A stretch of DNA of 64,000 bases from Eledone cirrhosa (taxonomy: Eukaryota). Within the stretch, counting starts at the first letter, position 1, and every line of letters begins with the position of its first letter. Position numbers and translations under genes: made by a program. Location: NCBI GenBank assembly GCA_964016885.1, contig OZ024740.1, forward strand, positions 250,976,001 through 251,040,000, written 5' to 3'. Positions 12,650 to 28,421 of the stretch are shown piece after piece. Below the pieces are notes generated by a model. It was not told the DNA's origin. It did no database searches and was given only the letters and a program-made list of their open reading frames with translations.

Positions 12650-14021
12650 GCTAATGGTCCAATCATAGCTCAGCGGCTTTAGTAAGTTCCCTAATAAATC
12701 AGTATAGCAAAGCTACCGCCCCGGTTACTACTCCTTAAGTTTAGACCTGTTTGATGGGTTGACTGCAGAGATTTTGAAAGTCTAAGCATTCAATGACGAT
12801 GTCACAGATAAAAATAAATTCACCTCCTGCTGGACGAGAATACAAAGACACCTCTCTATTTCAGACACAAATGACCAACATAATTCCGTCTCCCATACCC
12901 CTCCCTACCCCTCTAACCCATCCATCCCACCCTCCCAACTTCAGAGTTGGTACCATGAATGTAGGCACATTAAAAGGTCGCTCAAATGAGGTTGTAGAGA
13001 TGCTTGAACGTAAAGAAGTTGTTTGTTGTATTCAAGAGACTAGGTGGAGAGGGGGGAGGTCTGCTAGATTCATCATGGGTAAAAAACGATGCTATAAACT
13101 TTTCTGGGTGGGAAATGACAACGGGATGGAAAAAGTTCAGAGAGATTATACCGCTGTTGGCCACAAAAGGTTTCGCTCTAAAAATGAAAGGCAGATTGTA
13201 TGATGCTTGTATACGAACAGCAATGCTACATGGCAGTGAGACACGGGCATTACGTGCAGAGGACCTGCGCAGACTGGAAAGGAACGAAGCATGCATGCTT
13301 CGGTGGATGTGTAATAGTAATATACGTGAATGGCAAAGCATAAATGAACTAAGTGAGAAATTAGGAACAAGAGGGATCAGATGCTGTTTACTTGAGAGAA
13401 GACTACGTTGGTATGGTCACGTGATGCGCATGAAAGACGACAGCTGTATAATAAAAGTACAGGGCGATCAAAATTGATGGTAGTTACGGAGTAGGTAGAC
13501 CCAGAAAAACCTGGGACGATCTGATAAATTCCGACCTTACACACTTGCACTTCTCTAAGACAATGTCACTGGACCGATATCTTTGGTGCTACGCAGTAAT
13601 TCAGAAGTCTTGCCCATGTACAAAGCGAGACCTACAGTCAGTAGGCACCCCTTAACCAAATATATATCCACTACCCCTACCTTATCCTCCCACTCCCACC
13701 AACACTACCCTCTCTCTATAAAGTAGGTACCACAACATCCAGTCCAAATAAATGAGATAAATGAGATTGAGATCGTGTAGGTGTCACGAGAAAAAGAAAC
13801 ACAGTCCACGCTGTAATGTGGCCATGTAGGTAACACGGTAAAAAGTTCCCAGTTCCACACTGTAAATGTGGTTGGTGTTAGGAAGGGCATCCAGCCGTAG
13901 AAAACCTGCCAGATAGTCCTATATGAGTGAGACACGGTCACCCGACCAACCTTGCCTCAAGTGGGACAACTCCCGTCTAACCCATGCTAGAGTGGAAAAT
14001 GGACGTTAAACGAAGATGATG
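12650..14021 (+). mobile_element. Internally deleted RTE LINE (5'UTR + start of APE joined to the post-RT region, 3'UTR and (GAT)n tail)
   Basis: [14 protein letters not shown]...LFWVGNDNG joins directly to WKKFRE near 13126; ends GGACGTTAAACGAAGATGATGAT. Confidence 0.85.
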
Positions 14022-14450
14022 ATATATACACACATATATACATATACATATATATACATATATATATACATATACATATATATATACATATATATACATA
14101 TATATATACATATATATATACATATATATATACATATATATATACATATACATATACATATACATATATATACATATACATATATACATATACATATACA
14201 TATACATATATATATACATATATATATACATATACATATATATATACATATACATATATACATATACATATACATATATACATATAGATATACACATATA
14301 TATATACACATATATATATATACACATATATATATACACATATATATATATACGAAAGCGCGCTGCGTCGTCAGCGCGTTCGGGGCGATGGCGCCGTTGT
14401 CGTTCGCGCGCCGCGCGTCGACTTCGGTCGTCCGTTCGCACTCCCGGCCC

Positions 14451-14671
14451 TATTCACTCAGCTGTAGAAATGAGATGATAGGGACTGGGGTCCATATCAT
14501 TCCACTGCAAAGTGGTCGTGGAGGTGCCACGGCAAAAAAGCACCCAGCACTCACTGTAAATGAGGTTGGTGTTAGGAAGGGCATCCAGCTGTAGAAATCG
14601 AGCCAGAATCAGTTCCCGTCCCACCCTTGCAAGCAAGGAAAGAGCGGACGTAAAATGAAATGATGATGAAT
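14451..14671 (+). mobile_element. 5'-truncated SINE family A
   Basis: Matches 598-868, including GGTTGGTGTTAGGAAGGGCATCCAGCTGTAGAAA and the GGACGTAAAATG tail. Confidence 0.75.
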
Positions 14672-14710
14672 GATACACATATATATATATACACATATAT
14701 ATATATACAC

Positions 14711-14743
<33 letters not shown>

Positions 14744-14972
14744 TATATATACACACATATATATATATATACACATATATATATATACACATATATATAT
14801 ATATACACATATATATATATACACATATATATATATATACACATATATATATATATACACATATATATATATACACATATATATATATATATACACATAT
14901 ATATATACATATACATATATATATATACATATATATACACATATACATATATATATATACATATATATACAC

Positions 14973-15004
<32 letters not shown>

Positions 15005-15106
15005 ATTTATATATATATATATACACATATATATATACACATATATATATACACATATATATACACATATATATACACATATATATATACACATATATAT
15101 ATACAC

Positions 15107-15137
<31 letters not shown>

Positions 15138-15148
15138 TATATATACAC

Positions 15149-15181
<33 letters not shown>

Positions 15182-15486
15182 TATATATACACATATATAT
15201 ATATATATATACACATATATATATATATACACATATATATATATATACACATATATATATATACACATATATATATATATACACATATATATATATATAC
15301 ACATATATATATATATACACACATATATATATATACACATATATATATATATACACATATATATATATATACACATATATATATATACACATATATATAT
15401 ATATACACATATATATATATACACATATATATATATATACACATATATATACACATATACATATATACATATATATACACATATAC

Positions 15487-15519
<33 letters not shown>

Positions 15520-15555
15520 TATATATATACACATATACATATATATATATATATA

Positions 15556-15597
<42 letters not shown>

Positions 15598-15650
15598 TAT
15601 ATATATACACATATATATATACACATATATATATACACATATATATACAC

Positions 15651-15683
<33 letters not shown>

Positions 15684-15695
15684 CACATATATATA

Positions 15696-15779
<84 letters not shown>

Positions 15780-15784
15780 CATAT
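14672..15784. repeat. Compound (TA)n/(TACA) microsatellite
   Basis: Direct inspection; smaller arrays at 6650-6755, 10260-10709, 11317-11521, 12129-12260, 14022-14352 and 16345-16783. Confidence 0.98.
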
Positions 15785-16211
15785 ATAAAATATTAAACAA
15801 ATAATGAATAAACAATGAGACAGTTCCTTATATTAAACAAAAAAAGTTCATTATTTAACGATCGTTTCTAGGATATATATGTGTTAGAATTGGCATGCAT
15901 ATTCAACAGATCTATGTACAAAATTATACAAAATTATACAAACTATCAAGATTAAATATACATACCAACACATATATACGCCGTCTTCAGAAATAATCTT
16001 TATTTCTGAAGACGGCGTATATATGTGTTGGTATGTATATTTAATCTTGATAGTTTGTATAATTTTGTATAATTTTGTACATAGATCTGTTGAATATGCA
16101 TGCCAATTCTAACACATATATATCCTAGAAACGATCGTTAAATAATGAACTTTTTTTGTTTAATATAAGGAACTGTCTCATTGTTTATTCATTATTTGTT
16201 TAATATTTTAT
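15785..16211. repeat. Apparently perfect palindrome, 212-bp arms with a 3-nt spacer (15997-15999)
   Basis: Arms read as exact reverse complements by inspection. Confidence 0.9.
16000..16145 (+). ncRNA. Hammerhead ribozyme motif with long stem II (mirror copy on the minus strand at 15851-15996)
   Basis: TTATTT-CTGAAGA-[GGCGTATATATGTGTTGG...CTAACACATATATATCC]-GAAA-CGATCG-T-T-AAATAA; stem I TTATTT/AAATAA, palindromic stem III ACGATCGT. Confidence 0.65.
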
Positions 16212-16359
16212 CTTGACTCTGTATACCGTTTATCTTTCACCGAAAGTGATTTTTCATTACATCTCTTCTTTCCATGATATCCGGAATACATTGAGTTCTT
16301 CATACGGAATTGGACACTACCGTAAACTCTTGGTAGATTTATCTACATATATATATATA

Positions 16360-16451
<92 letters not shown>

Positions 16452-16478
16452 TATATATATATATATATATACATATAT

Positions 16479-16546
<68 letters not shown>

Positions 16547-16559
16547 CATATATATATAC

Positions 16560-16608
<49 letters not shown>

Positions 16609-16635
16609 CATATATATATACATATATATATATAC

Positions 16636-16688
<53 letters not shown>

Positions 16689-16715
16689 CATATATATATA
16701 CATATATATATATAC

Positions 16716-16750
<35 letters not shown>

Positions 16751-16783
16751 CATATATATATACATATACATATATATATACAT

Positions 16784-18575
16784 AACTTTGAAATGTTTTG
16801 GCCAGTATTGGCCCAGGCCATGTCTAACTTAATAGCACCACCTGGCGAAGTCTTTCAATTCAGGATTTGGGCACCATGGCCCATTCGAGAAGAGAATTAC
16901 TGTTTGCGGAGACATATCCGGGTGTGGGTGGTTTGTCCGGGATTACTTGGAGGAATTTGTCCAAAGACTTCTTGAATTTTGTGTGGTCAGTTTCTGTTTT
17001 GACGTGTCCTGGTGTGATGTTGAAGAGAGCAGGGCCAATTGAGGTGAAATAATTGTGCCGTATTGTTGTTATGAGTTGCGATTTAGATTTTTGTTTGGGA
17101 CGGATAGCACGGGGCCCAAGCCTTGGGTGTAATTTGAAGGTGATGATGAAACATTTTCCACATCATGCAGATAATATAATGCTCACAGCGACGTTGGAGT
17201 GAGTAAAGTTTCAGCTTTTCTAGTCGACCCCAGTAGTCAAGGTCTGACATGCCATCTATCTTTTTCGTGATTGCCCTTTGGGGAGCTTCAAGTTTCATGA
17301 TACTTTGTTTCGTGTGGGGAGACCACAGTGGACAACAGTATTCAAGGTGTGGTCGGGCAAAAGTAGAGAAGAGAAGGATAATGGTGTGGGAATCTCTCGA
17401 CTGGAAGGTTCTGAGGATCCAGGAACACATTCTGCGGGCCATGTCAACTTTGCTGCTTATATGCGTGGCCCAGGTTATGTTGCTATCCACGGTTACTACC
17501 AAGTCTCTGATGTTGTTAGATGCCACGAGAGTTTCACCGGAGGGAAGGGAGTATGGGAGTTTCAGAGCATCCTCTTTTCCAAAGTGGATCAGTTCGAATT
17601 TGTCTTCGTTCAGTAACATGTTCTTTTCCGCCCATTGGGTAACAGCCAGTAGGTCTGACTGAAGGCTTATCCGGTCATCCACGCCATCGATGACCTTTTG
17701 GAGCTTGGAATCGTCAGCGAAAATTCTAATGTTGCTGTGTTTGATGATGTCAGTGATGTCATTAATATAGATGATGAAGAGAAGTGGGCCCAACATAGTG
17801 CCTTGTGGGACCCCACTACTGACTTTGGCTGGGCTGGATTTGACTCCTTCGACTACAACATGTTGGGTTCTGTTTGACAGGAAGCTCTTGATCCACTGCA
17901 GCAGCTTTCCAGTGACACCAATATTGGACAGCTTTCTCAGTAGAATGTTGTGATCAACCCTGTCAAAGGCCTTGCTGAAATCAAGGTAGATAACATCAGT
18001 GTTGGAACCCTCTCCCAAGGCTCTCAAAATGTCATCAAAGTGATGCAGTAGCTGCGTCAGGCAATCCCTTCCATTATGGAATCCATGCTGGTTAGAGTTC
18101 AGCATATTGTTACTCTCAAGGAAGTGGGTCATTCGCGATCTCACCACTCTCTCAAATACCTTAATGATATGAGAGGTGAGTGAGATTGGACAGTAATTCA
18201 CGGCAAGGGATTTGTTTCCTTTTTTGAAAACTGGGACAACAGACTGGGATAGAAGGTTTTCTGGCACATATCCAGCATCCAGTGAGTTCCGCCACAGATT
18301 GGCAAGAGGAGATGCAAGTTGGTGTTGACACGCCTTCAAGACACAAGCAGGGAACCTATCGGGACCTACTGCTGAATTATGCTTGATTTCCTTTATTGCC
18401 GCTAAGACATCAGGGGCGCCAAAGGTTATGTCCGATAAGGTGTAATGGGGAGTAACATCGCCGATACAGCCCAGATCGGCCATATCAGGATTGCTGAAAA
18501 CAGAGCAGTATTGTTTCTGCAGTATCTCACCCATGGTTTTAGCATTGTCTTGAAGAGTGCCATTTTCATCAATTA
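16784..18575 (-). mobile_element. 5'-truncated CR1-group LINE (second family): RT and 3' end
   Basis: ORF 17083-18624 with GPD, PVFKKG, YLDFSKAFDRVDH, SGVPQG, FADD and RPHLEYC motifs; both ends abut TA microsatellite. Confidence 0.85.
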
Positions 18576-18714
18576 GAGTATATACTATATATAATATATA
18601 CATGTATATATTATATATATACATGTATGTATATATATAATGTATATATATATATGTGTATGTATGTATATATATATATATGTATATATATGTGTATATA
18701 TATATGCATATTCA

Positions 18715-19036
18715 TTAATTCATTCATTTCATTTTACGTCCGTTTTTTCCCTGCTTGCAGGAACGGGAACTGATGCTGGCTTGATTTCTACAGCTGGATG
18801 CGCTTCCTAACACCAACCTCATTTACAGTGAGTGCTGAGTGCTTTTTTGCCGTGGCACCTCCACGACCACTTTGCAGTGGAATGATAGGGACTCTAGTGC
18901 CTATCATCTAATTTCTACAGCTGAGTAAACTGGAGCAATGTGAAATAAAGTGTCTTGCTCAAAGAAACAACACATCACCCGGTCTGAGAATTGAACTCAA
19001 AACCTTTCGATTGCAAGGCCATTGCTCTAACCACTA
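18715..19036 (-). mobile_element. SINE family A copy
   Basis: Reverse complement of 490-868 and 14451-14671. Confidence 0.75.
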
Positions 19037-19244
19037 GATATCTATATATATGTGTATATATTTTTCTTTTTCAATGTTATTCAATAATTATGTCTGATCA
19101 TTCAAATAATCTTCTTGTATTTTTAAATCCCACAAATCTTTCCTTATTACAGTTATATGCTCATTCGATTATGGCCAAAGTTTCGTGGATTTTATTTTAT
19201 AACCTTCTCGCTAACTACCCCGCCCCCACTCACCACCATCATTA

Positions 19245-21761
19245 TTACTTGGACCAATCATAAGTCAGTGGCCCATGTTATCACTTAAGTTTAGACCTGG
19301 TTGCCTTTCGATATGATGGATGGACTACGGAATTCTGGAGAGTCTGAAAAATCTGGACACTCAGTGACAATGCCAAAGACAAATTCACCTCATGCTGCTG
19401 GACGAGAATGCAAGGACTCCTCGTTATTTAGGCCGCGGACAGCTAACATAGCCCCATCTCCCTCACCCCTCCCTGCGCCCTGTCCTCCCCACCAAACACA
19501 ATCCAAAACTTCAGAGTTGGTACCACGAATGTAGGTACCTTAAAAGGTCGCTCTAACGAGGTTGTAGAGATGCTTGAACGTAAGGAGGTTGATGTTTGCT
19601 GTATTCAAGAGACCAGATGGAGGGGTGGGTGTGCTAGATTCATTGTGGGTAAAACACGATGTTATAAGCTTTTGTGGGTGGGAAATGACAATGGGCTGGG
19701 TGGAGTGGGATTCATGGTAGCAGAAAAGTGGGCAGACAAGATAATAGACGTAAATAGAGTGAACGACAGAATAATTAAAATAAGACTTGTCCTCAATAGA
19801 ACTACTGTGACAATAATATCTGCATATGCACCCCAATCCAGACTGCCTGGCAATATAAAAGACAGATTCAATGAGTCGTTAATGCTCATTACCTCCCAAA
19901 TAACCAACAGTGACTATATAATTATTGCTGGTGACCTAAATGGTCACGTTGGACAACACTGTGACGGCTATGACGAATCCATGGAGGCTATGGGTTTGAA
20001 ATGAAGAAGGCTCCAGAACCCTGGAATTCTGTGACGCAAATAATCTAACTATCTGTAACACAAACTTAAAAATACGAGACAATCACTTGATCACCTATAG
20101 GTCAGGGGAACACGCCAGTCAGATAGATTATATCCTTACCAGAAGACGAGACAGAGTCTCTGTTGTAAACACCAAATCCCTCCCCCATGAAGAATGCACC
20201 TGCCAACATAGCCTCATAGTTAGCGACCTCATAGTCGGGACGAGACGTACTCGACAACAGAGGAGAACTATCCTTAGGAGAAAAATATGGAAGCCAGTAA
20301 TAAATTCAAAAGCATATTACTTGATGCTTTTGACAGTAAGGAAGAGCAATTAGAAACGTACGGTGTAGAGGAACAGTGGGAATTCCTGAAAGCTAACCTG
20401 CTGAAATCTGTGGCTGGAGCAGACCTATAGGCAGGAGGAGAGTAACATGGTGGTGGAACAGTAAGGTGGAGGAGTCGATCAAAGCCAAAAAGCAGGCTTG
20501 GAAAGTATGGCGGGATGGGGGAAGTAGAGAAGACTATCAAGTGGCCAGCAGGGAAGCTAGGAGACAAGTGTACTTCGCAAGAAGGGAAGCAGAGGAAAGA
20601 AAGTTCAAGCATGTTCTACAACGCGAGGACCAAAAACGTGAGGTGTTCAGGATTGCTAGACAATGTTTCAAGGAGAACCGTGATATTGTCGGGGAGAAGT
20701 GTGTCCATAATGATGATGGTGTACTGGCCATCACTGACACTGATAAAAGGTAGCTTGGAAGTGTCACTACAAAAGGCTACTAAATGAGGAGAATAAATGG
20801 GAGAAACACAACCTCCCCCACATCGATCCCATAGAGGGACCAGCATGGCAAGTTGAAGATAAGGCAATCAAAGATATGAAGACGGGCAAGGTGGCTGGGC
20901 CTTTGGAAATAGTTGCTGAAATGCTGAAATCATCTGGAACGGTGGGACACACTATGGTCACCCGGATAGTAAACCGAGTTATACAGAATGGGGTCGTACC
21001 AAAGGACTGGCATAGCAGCATCATCATAAACTGCTACAAGGGGAAAGGAGACGCCCTAGATAGGGGAAACTGTAGAGGCATTAAATTAATTGACCAGGTC
21101 ATGAAGGTCACAGAAAAAGTAATAGTGCAACTAATCAGAGAGCGAATTAATCTAGATGAAATGCAGTTCGGGTTTGTGTCAGATAAAAGTACCACAGACG
21201 CTCTTTTCATTGTACGACAATTACAGGAGAAGTACCTAGCTAAAAGTAAACCCCTATACTTAGCTTTTGTTGACTTGGAGAAAGCCTTTGACAGAGTACC
21301 CTGCTCGATTATCTCGTGGGCCCTTAGAAAACTAGATGTAGATGAATGGCTTGTGAGAGCTATACAAGCCATGTATAAAGAAACAGTTAGCAAGGTTAGA
21401 ATTAACAACGAATATAGTGAAGAATTTAGCGTAAAAGTTGGTGTTCATCAGGGCTCCGTCCTTAGCCCACTCCTATTTATTATTGCCCTTCAGGCTATAA
21501 CAGAGGAGTTCAAGACTGGCTGCCCATGGGAACTTCTATACGCAGATGATCTAACGCTCATAGCTGAATCAATGGCTGAACTAGAAAAGAAATTCCAAAC
21601 ACGGAAGCATGGCCTAGAATCAAAAGGCCTTAAAGTTAACTTGTCTAAGACTAAAGTCCTAATATGTAGGAAGGAGAATAAGGCCCTGCTCCCATCTGGG
21701 AAATGGCCATGCTCAGTGAGTAGGAAAGGAGTAGGCAGAAACTCCATTTTATGTCCCAAAT
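19245..21761 (+). mobile_element. Decayed RTE LINE (5'UTR, APE, RT; 3'-truncated)
   Basis: Frameshifted ORFs 19570-20004, 20087-20353, 20466-20753 and 20876-21880, collinear with the intact RTE. Confidence 0.9.
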
Positions 21762-22973
21762 GTCTACTCCTTGGCTACGGTCTATTTTTATTGCCCTGCA
21801 CTTTGTTATACAGCTGTCGTCTTTCATGCGCATCACGTGACCATACCAACGTAGCCTTCTCTCGAGTAAACAACATCTGATCCCTCTTATTTCTAATTTT
21901 TCCCTTAGTTTGTTAATGCTTTGCCGTTCACGTATATTACTATTACACATCCAGCGGAGCATGCAAGCTTCGCTCCTCTCTAGTCTGCGTATATCCTCTG
22001 CACACAATGCAACATTGCTGTTCGTATGCAGGCATCATACAACCTGCCTTTCATTCTGAGGGAGAACCCTTTAGCGGCTAATAGTGGTATAAGCTCTCTG
22101 AACTTTTTCCATCCAGTTCTGACCCTAGCTACTGTACTTTCAGAGCACCCTTCCCCACTGCTGATTTTATCACCCAGGTAACGGAAGCTGTCCACTATAG
22201 AACCATCTGTGCAATGGAATGAGTTAGTATTTTGTGGGCACTTGCTGCTACTTATTGCACCAGAGAACCGGCAACATATAAAATCTATATTCTTAGATAG
22301 TTTACCTGTGATCCTACTACATCTTTTATGTACCCATACTTTGCATTTGGGACATAAAATGGAGTTTCTACCTACTCCTTTCCTACACACTAAGCATGGC
22401 CATTTCCCAGATGGGACTGGTGCCCTATTTTCCTTCCTACAAACTAGAACTTTAGTCTTAGACAAGTTAACTTTAAGGCCTTTTGATTCTAGGCCATGCT
22501 TCCATGTTTGGAATTTCTTCTCTAGTTCAGCCATTGATTCAGCTATGAGCGTTAGATTATCTGCATATAGGAGTTCCCATGGGCAGCCGGTCTTGAACTC
22601 CTCTGTTATAGCCTGAAGGGCAATAATAAATAGTAGGGGGCTAAGGACGGAGCCCTGATGAACACCAACTTTTACGCTAAACTCTTCACTATATTCGTTG
22701 TTAATTCTAACCTTGCTGACTGTTTCTTTATACATGGCTTGTATAGCTCTCACAAGCCATTCATCAACACCTAGTTTTCTAAGGGACCACCAGATAATCA
22801 AGCGGGGTACTCTGTCAAAGGCTTTCTCCAAGTCAACAAAAGCTAAGTATAGGGGTTTACTTTTAGCTAGGTACTTCTCCTCTATTGGGTCGATGTAGGG
22901 GAGACTGTGTTTCTTCGAATTATTCTCCTCATTTAGTAGATTTTCGTAGTGACACTTCCAAGCTACCTTCTTC
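21762..22973 (-). mobile_element. Inverted RTE fragment (RT + PHD-like finger) joined tail-to-tail with the previous copy
   Basis: KKVAWKCHY...[25 protein letters not shown]...CIRTAMLH on the minus strand, with internal deletions. Confidence 0.9.
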
Positions 22974-24763
22974 ATATATATATATATATACACACATATA
23001 TATATATATACACACACATATATATATATATACACACATATATATATATATATACATATATATATACATACATATATATATATATACATATATATATATA
23101 CACACATATATATATATATACATATATATATATACACACATATATATATATATACATATATATATATACACACATATATATATATACACATATATATATA
23201 CACACACATATATATATACATATATATATACACATATATATACACACATATATATACACACATATATATACACATATATATACACACATATATATATACA
23301 CATATATATATATACACACATATATATATATACACACATATATATATACACACATATATATACATATACATATATATATACATATATATATACATATACA
23401 TATATATATACATATATATACATATACATATATATACACATATATATACACATATACATATACATATACATATATATATACATATATATATACATATATA
23501 TATACATATATATATACATATATATATACATATATATATACATATATATATACATATATATATACATATATATATACATATATATATATACATATATATA
23601 TACATATACATATATATATACACATATATATACATATACATACATATATATACATATACATACATATATATACATATACATATATATATACACATATATA
23701 TACATATACATACATATACATACATATATATACATATACATATACACATATATATACATATATATATACATACACATATATATACATATATATATACATA
23801 CACATATATATATACATATACATATATATATACACATATATATACATATACATATATATATACACATATATATATACATATACATATATATATACACATA
23901 TATATACATATACATATATATATACACATATATATATACATATACATATATATATACACATATATATACATATACACATATATATACACATATATATATA
24001 CATATACATATATATATACACATATATATACATATACACATATATATACATATACATATATATATACACATATATATACACATATATATACATATACATA
24101 TATATATACACATATATATATACATATACATATATATATACACATATATATACATATACATATATATATACACATATATATACATATACATATACATATA
24201 TACATATATATACATATACATATACATATATACATATATATATATACATATACATATATATATATACATATACATATACATATACATATATAAATACATA
24301 TACATATATAAATACATATACATATACATATACATATATAAATACATATACATATATAAATACATATACATATATAAATACATATATATATACATATACA
24401 TATATATATACATATATAAATACATATACATATATATATACACGTATATATACATATATATATACACATATATATATACATATACATATACACATATATA
24501 TACACATATATATATACATATACATATACACATATATATACACACATATATATATACACACACATATATATATATATACACACACATATATATATATATA
24601 CACACACATATATATATATATACACACACATATATATATATATACACACACACATATATATATATATACACACACACATATATATATATATACACACACA
24701 CATATATATATATATACACACACACATATATATATATATACACACACACATATATATATATAT

Positions 24764-24806
<43 letters not shown>

Positions 24807-24970
24807 TATATATACACACATATATACATATACATATACATACATATATATATACATACATATATATATACATACATATATATATACATACATATATATA
24901 TACATACATATATATATACATATATATACATATATATATATACATATATATATACACACATATATATACA
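22974..24970. repeat. Compound (TA)n/(TACA) microsatellite, ~2 kb
   Basis: Direct inspection. Confidence 0.98.
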
Positions 24971-25383
24971 CTGGGAGAGATGACCCCTTAGCCTTTGTCA
25001 AGGCAGAATTCTAGGAGAAGGAAAACTCTGATATAACACCTGCAACTCTGATGGTATCCAATGATGTTGACTTGTTCTTCTTTTTGGTAAATATCATCTT
25101 GGTTAAGAGAGTGGGACTGGCTTCGTGCAGTGCCTTTGATCATTATAAAAGCTTCACGGCACAGGCATTGCTTTATATCTGGAGATCTCTCTTCACGTTT
25201 CATCACAGGGTACCAATGGGCCCAGCACTATGTGTCAATAATTGTCACAAATGTAGTGTTTGTACCAGAGTTTTCAAGTCGCTGGCTGGACTAAAAAGTC
25301 ACACTCGTTCAGCGCATCGGTAGGGAGTTCTCCTACATGGATATAAAGTAGTGGCCGTACTCGAAAACGAGTTGGCAGCCACC
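24971..25383 (+). mobile_element. Bipartite RTE-derived element, copy 3 (5'-truncated)
   Basis: Reverse complement of the 3' ~410 bp of copies 1, 2 and 4; reads [23 protein letters not shown] near its 3' end. Confidence 0.7.
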
Positions 25384-25573
25384 ATATATACACATATATA
25401 TATACACATATATATATACATATATATATATACATATATATATATACATATATATATATACATATATATATATACATATATATATATACATATATATATA
25501 TACATATATATATATACATATATATATATACATATATATATATACATATATATATATACATATATATATATAC

Positions 25574-25604
<31 letters not shown>

Positions 25605-25615
25605 CATATATATAC

Positions 25616-25694
<79 letters not shown>

Positions 25695-25820
25695 CATATA
25701 TATATATACATATATATACATATATATATATACATATATATATATACATATATATATACATATATATATATATACATATATATATATACATATATATATA
25801 TACATATATATATATACATA

Positions 25821-25858
<38 letters not shown>

Positions 25859-26281
25859 CATATATATATATATATATACATACATATATATACATATATA
25901 TATATATACATATATATACATATATATATACATATATATATATACATATATATACATATATATACATATATATATATACATATATATACATATATAATAC
26001 ATATATATACATATATATATATACATATATATATATACATATACATATATATACATATATATATATACATATATATATATACATATATATATATACATAT
26101 ATATATATACATATATATATATACATATATATATATACATATATATATACATATATATATATACATATATATATATACATATATATATACATTATACATA
26201 TATATACATATATATATATATATACATATATATATACATATACATATATATACATATATATATATATATACATATATATAC

Positions 26282-26313
<32 letters not shown>

Positions 26314-26325
26314 ACATATATATAC

Positions 26326-26382
<57 letters not shown>

Positions 26383-26407
26383 AACATATATATATACATA
26401 TATATAC

Positions 26408-26456
<49 letters not shown>

Positions 26457-26487
26457 CATATATATACATATATATACATATATATAC

Positions 26488-26569
<82 letters not shown>

Positions 26570-26621
26570 TATATACATATATATATATATACATAATATA
26601 TATATACATATATAATATATA

Positions 26622-26686
<65 letters not shown>

Positions 26687-26726
26687 CATATATATAATAT
26701 ATATATACATATACATATATATATAC

Positions 26727-26779
<53 letters not shown>

Positions 26780-26804
26780 CATATATATATACATATATAT
26801 ATAC

Positions 26805-26837
<33 letters not shown>

Positions 26838-26861
26838 CATATACATATACATATACATATA

Positions 26862-26895
<34 letters not shown>

Positions 26896-27776
26896 CATAT
26901 ACATATATATACATATATATATATATATAACATATATATATATACATATATATATATATACATATATATATATACATATATATACATATATATATATATA
27001 TACATATATATATACATATATATATATATACATATATATACATATATATATATACATATATATACATATATATATATATATACATATATTATATATATAT
27101 ATATACATATATATACATATATATATATACATATATATACATATATATATAATATACATATACATATATATACATATATAATATATATACATATATATAT
27201 ATACATATATATACATATACATATATATATATACATATATATACATATATATATATATACATATATATACATATATATATATATACATATATATACATAC
27301 ATATATATATACATATATATATACATATATATATACATAATATATATATACATATATATATATACATATATATACATATACATATATATACATATACATA
27401 TATATACATATATATATACATATATATATACATATACTATATACATATATATATACATATATATACATATATATATATATACATATATATTACATATATA
27501 TATACTATAATATATACATATATACATATATATATACATATATATATACATATATATATACATATATATATACATATATATATACATATATATATACATA
27601 TATATATACATATATATATACAATATATATATACATATATATATACATATATATATACATATATATATACATATATATATACATATATATATACATATAT
27701 ATATACATATATATACATATATATATACATATATATATACATATATATATACATATATATATACATATATATATAC

Positions 27777-27807
<31 letters not shown>

Positions 27808-27982
27808 CATATATATATACATATATATATATATACATATATATATACATATATATATATATACATATACATATATATACATATATATATACATATATAT
27901 ATACATATATATATACATATATATATATATAATATACATATATATACATATATAATATATATATATATACATATATATATAC

Positions 27983-28013
<31 letters not shown>

Positions 28014-28139
28014 CATATATATATACATATATATATATATACATATATAATATCATATATATTACATATATATATATAACATATATATATATACATATAT
28101 ATATATACATATATATATAAATATATAATACAATATATA

Positions 28140-28186
<47 letters not shown>

Positions 28187-28187
28187 A
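25384..28187. repeat. Compound (TA)n/(TACA) microsatellite, ~2.8 kb
   Basis: Direct inspection. Confidence 0.98.
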
Positions 28188-28221
28188 AAACAAATAACGA
28201 AACGAATTAAATTTCGTTTCA

Positions 28222-28421
28222 NNNNNNNNNNNNNNNNNNNNNNNNNNNNNNNNNNNNNNNNNNNNNNNNNNNNNNNNNNNNNNNNNNNNNNNNNNNNNNN
28301 NNNNNNNNNNNNNNNNNNNNNNNNNNNNNNNNNNNNNNNNNNNNNNNNNNNNNNNNNNNNNNNNNNNNNNNNNNNNNNNNNNNNNNNNNNNNNNNNNNNN
28401 NNNNNNNNNNNNNNNNNNNNN
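28222..28421. other. Assembly gap (200 N)
   Basis: Run of N. Confidence 0.99.

Noticed and set aside
14353-14380. CTGACGA (minus) and GAAA (plus) in the GC-rich island as a hammerhead
   Set aside because: The two core halves are on opposite strands.
22870-22890. Internal RTE deletion as a spliced-out intron
   Set aside because: The deleted segment does not start with GT; the junction is explained by AGG microhomology.
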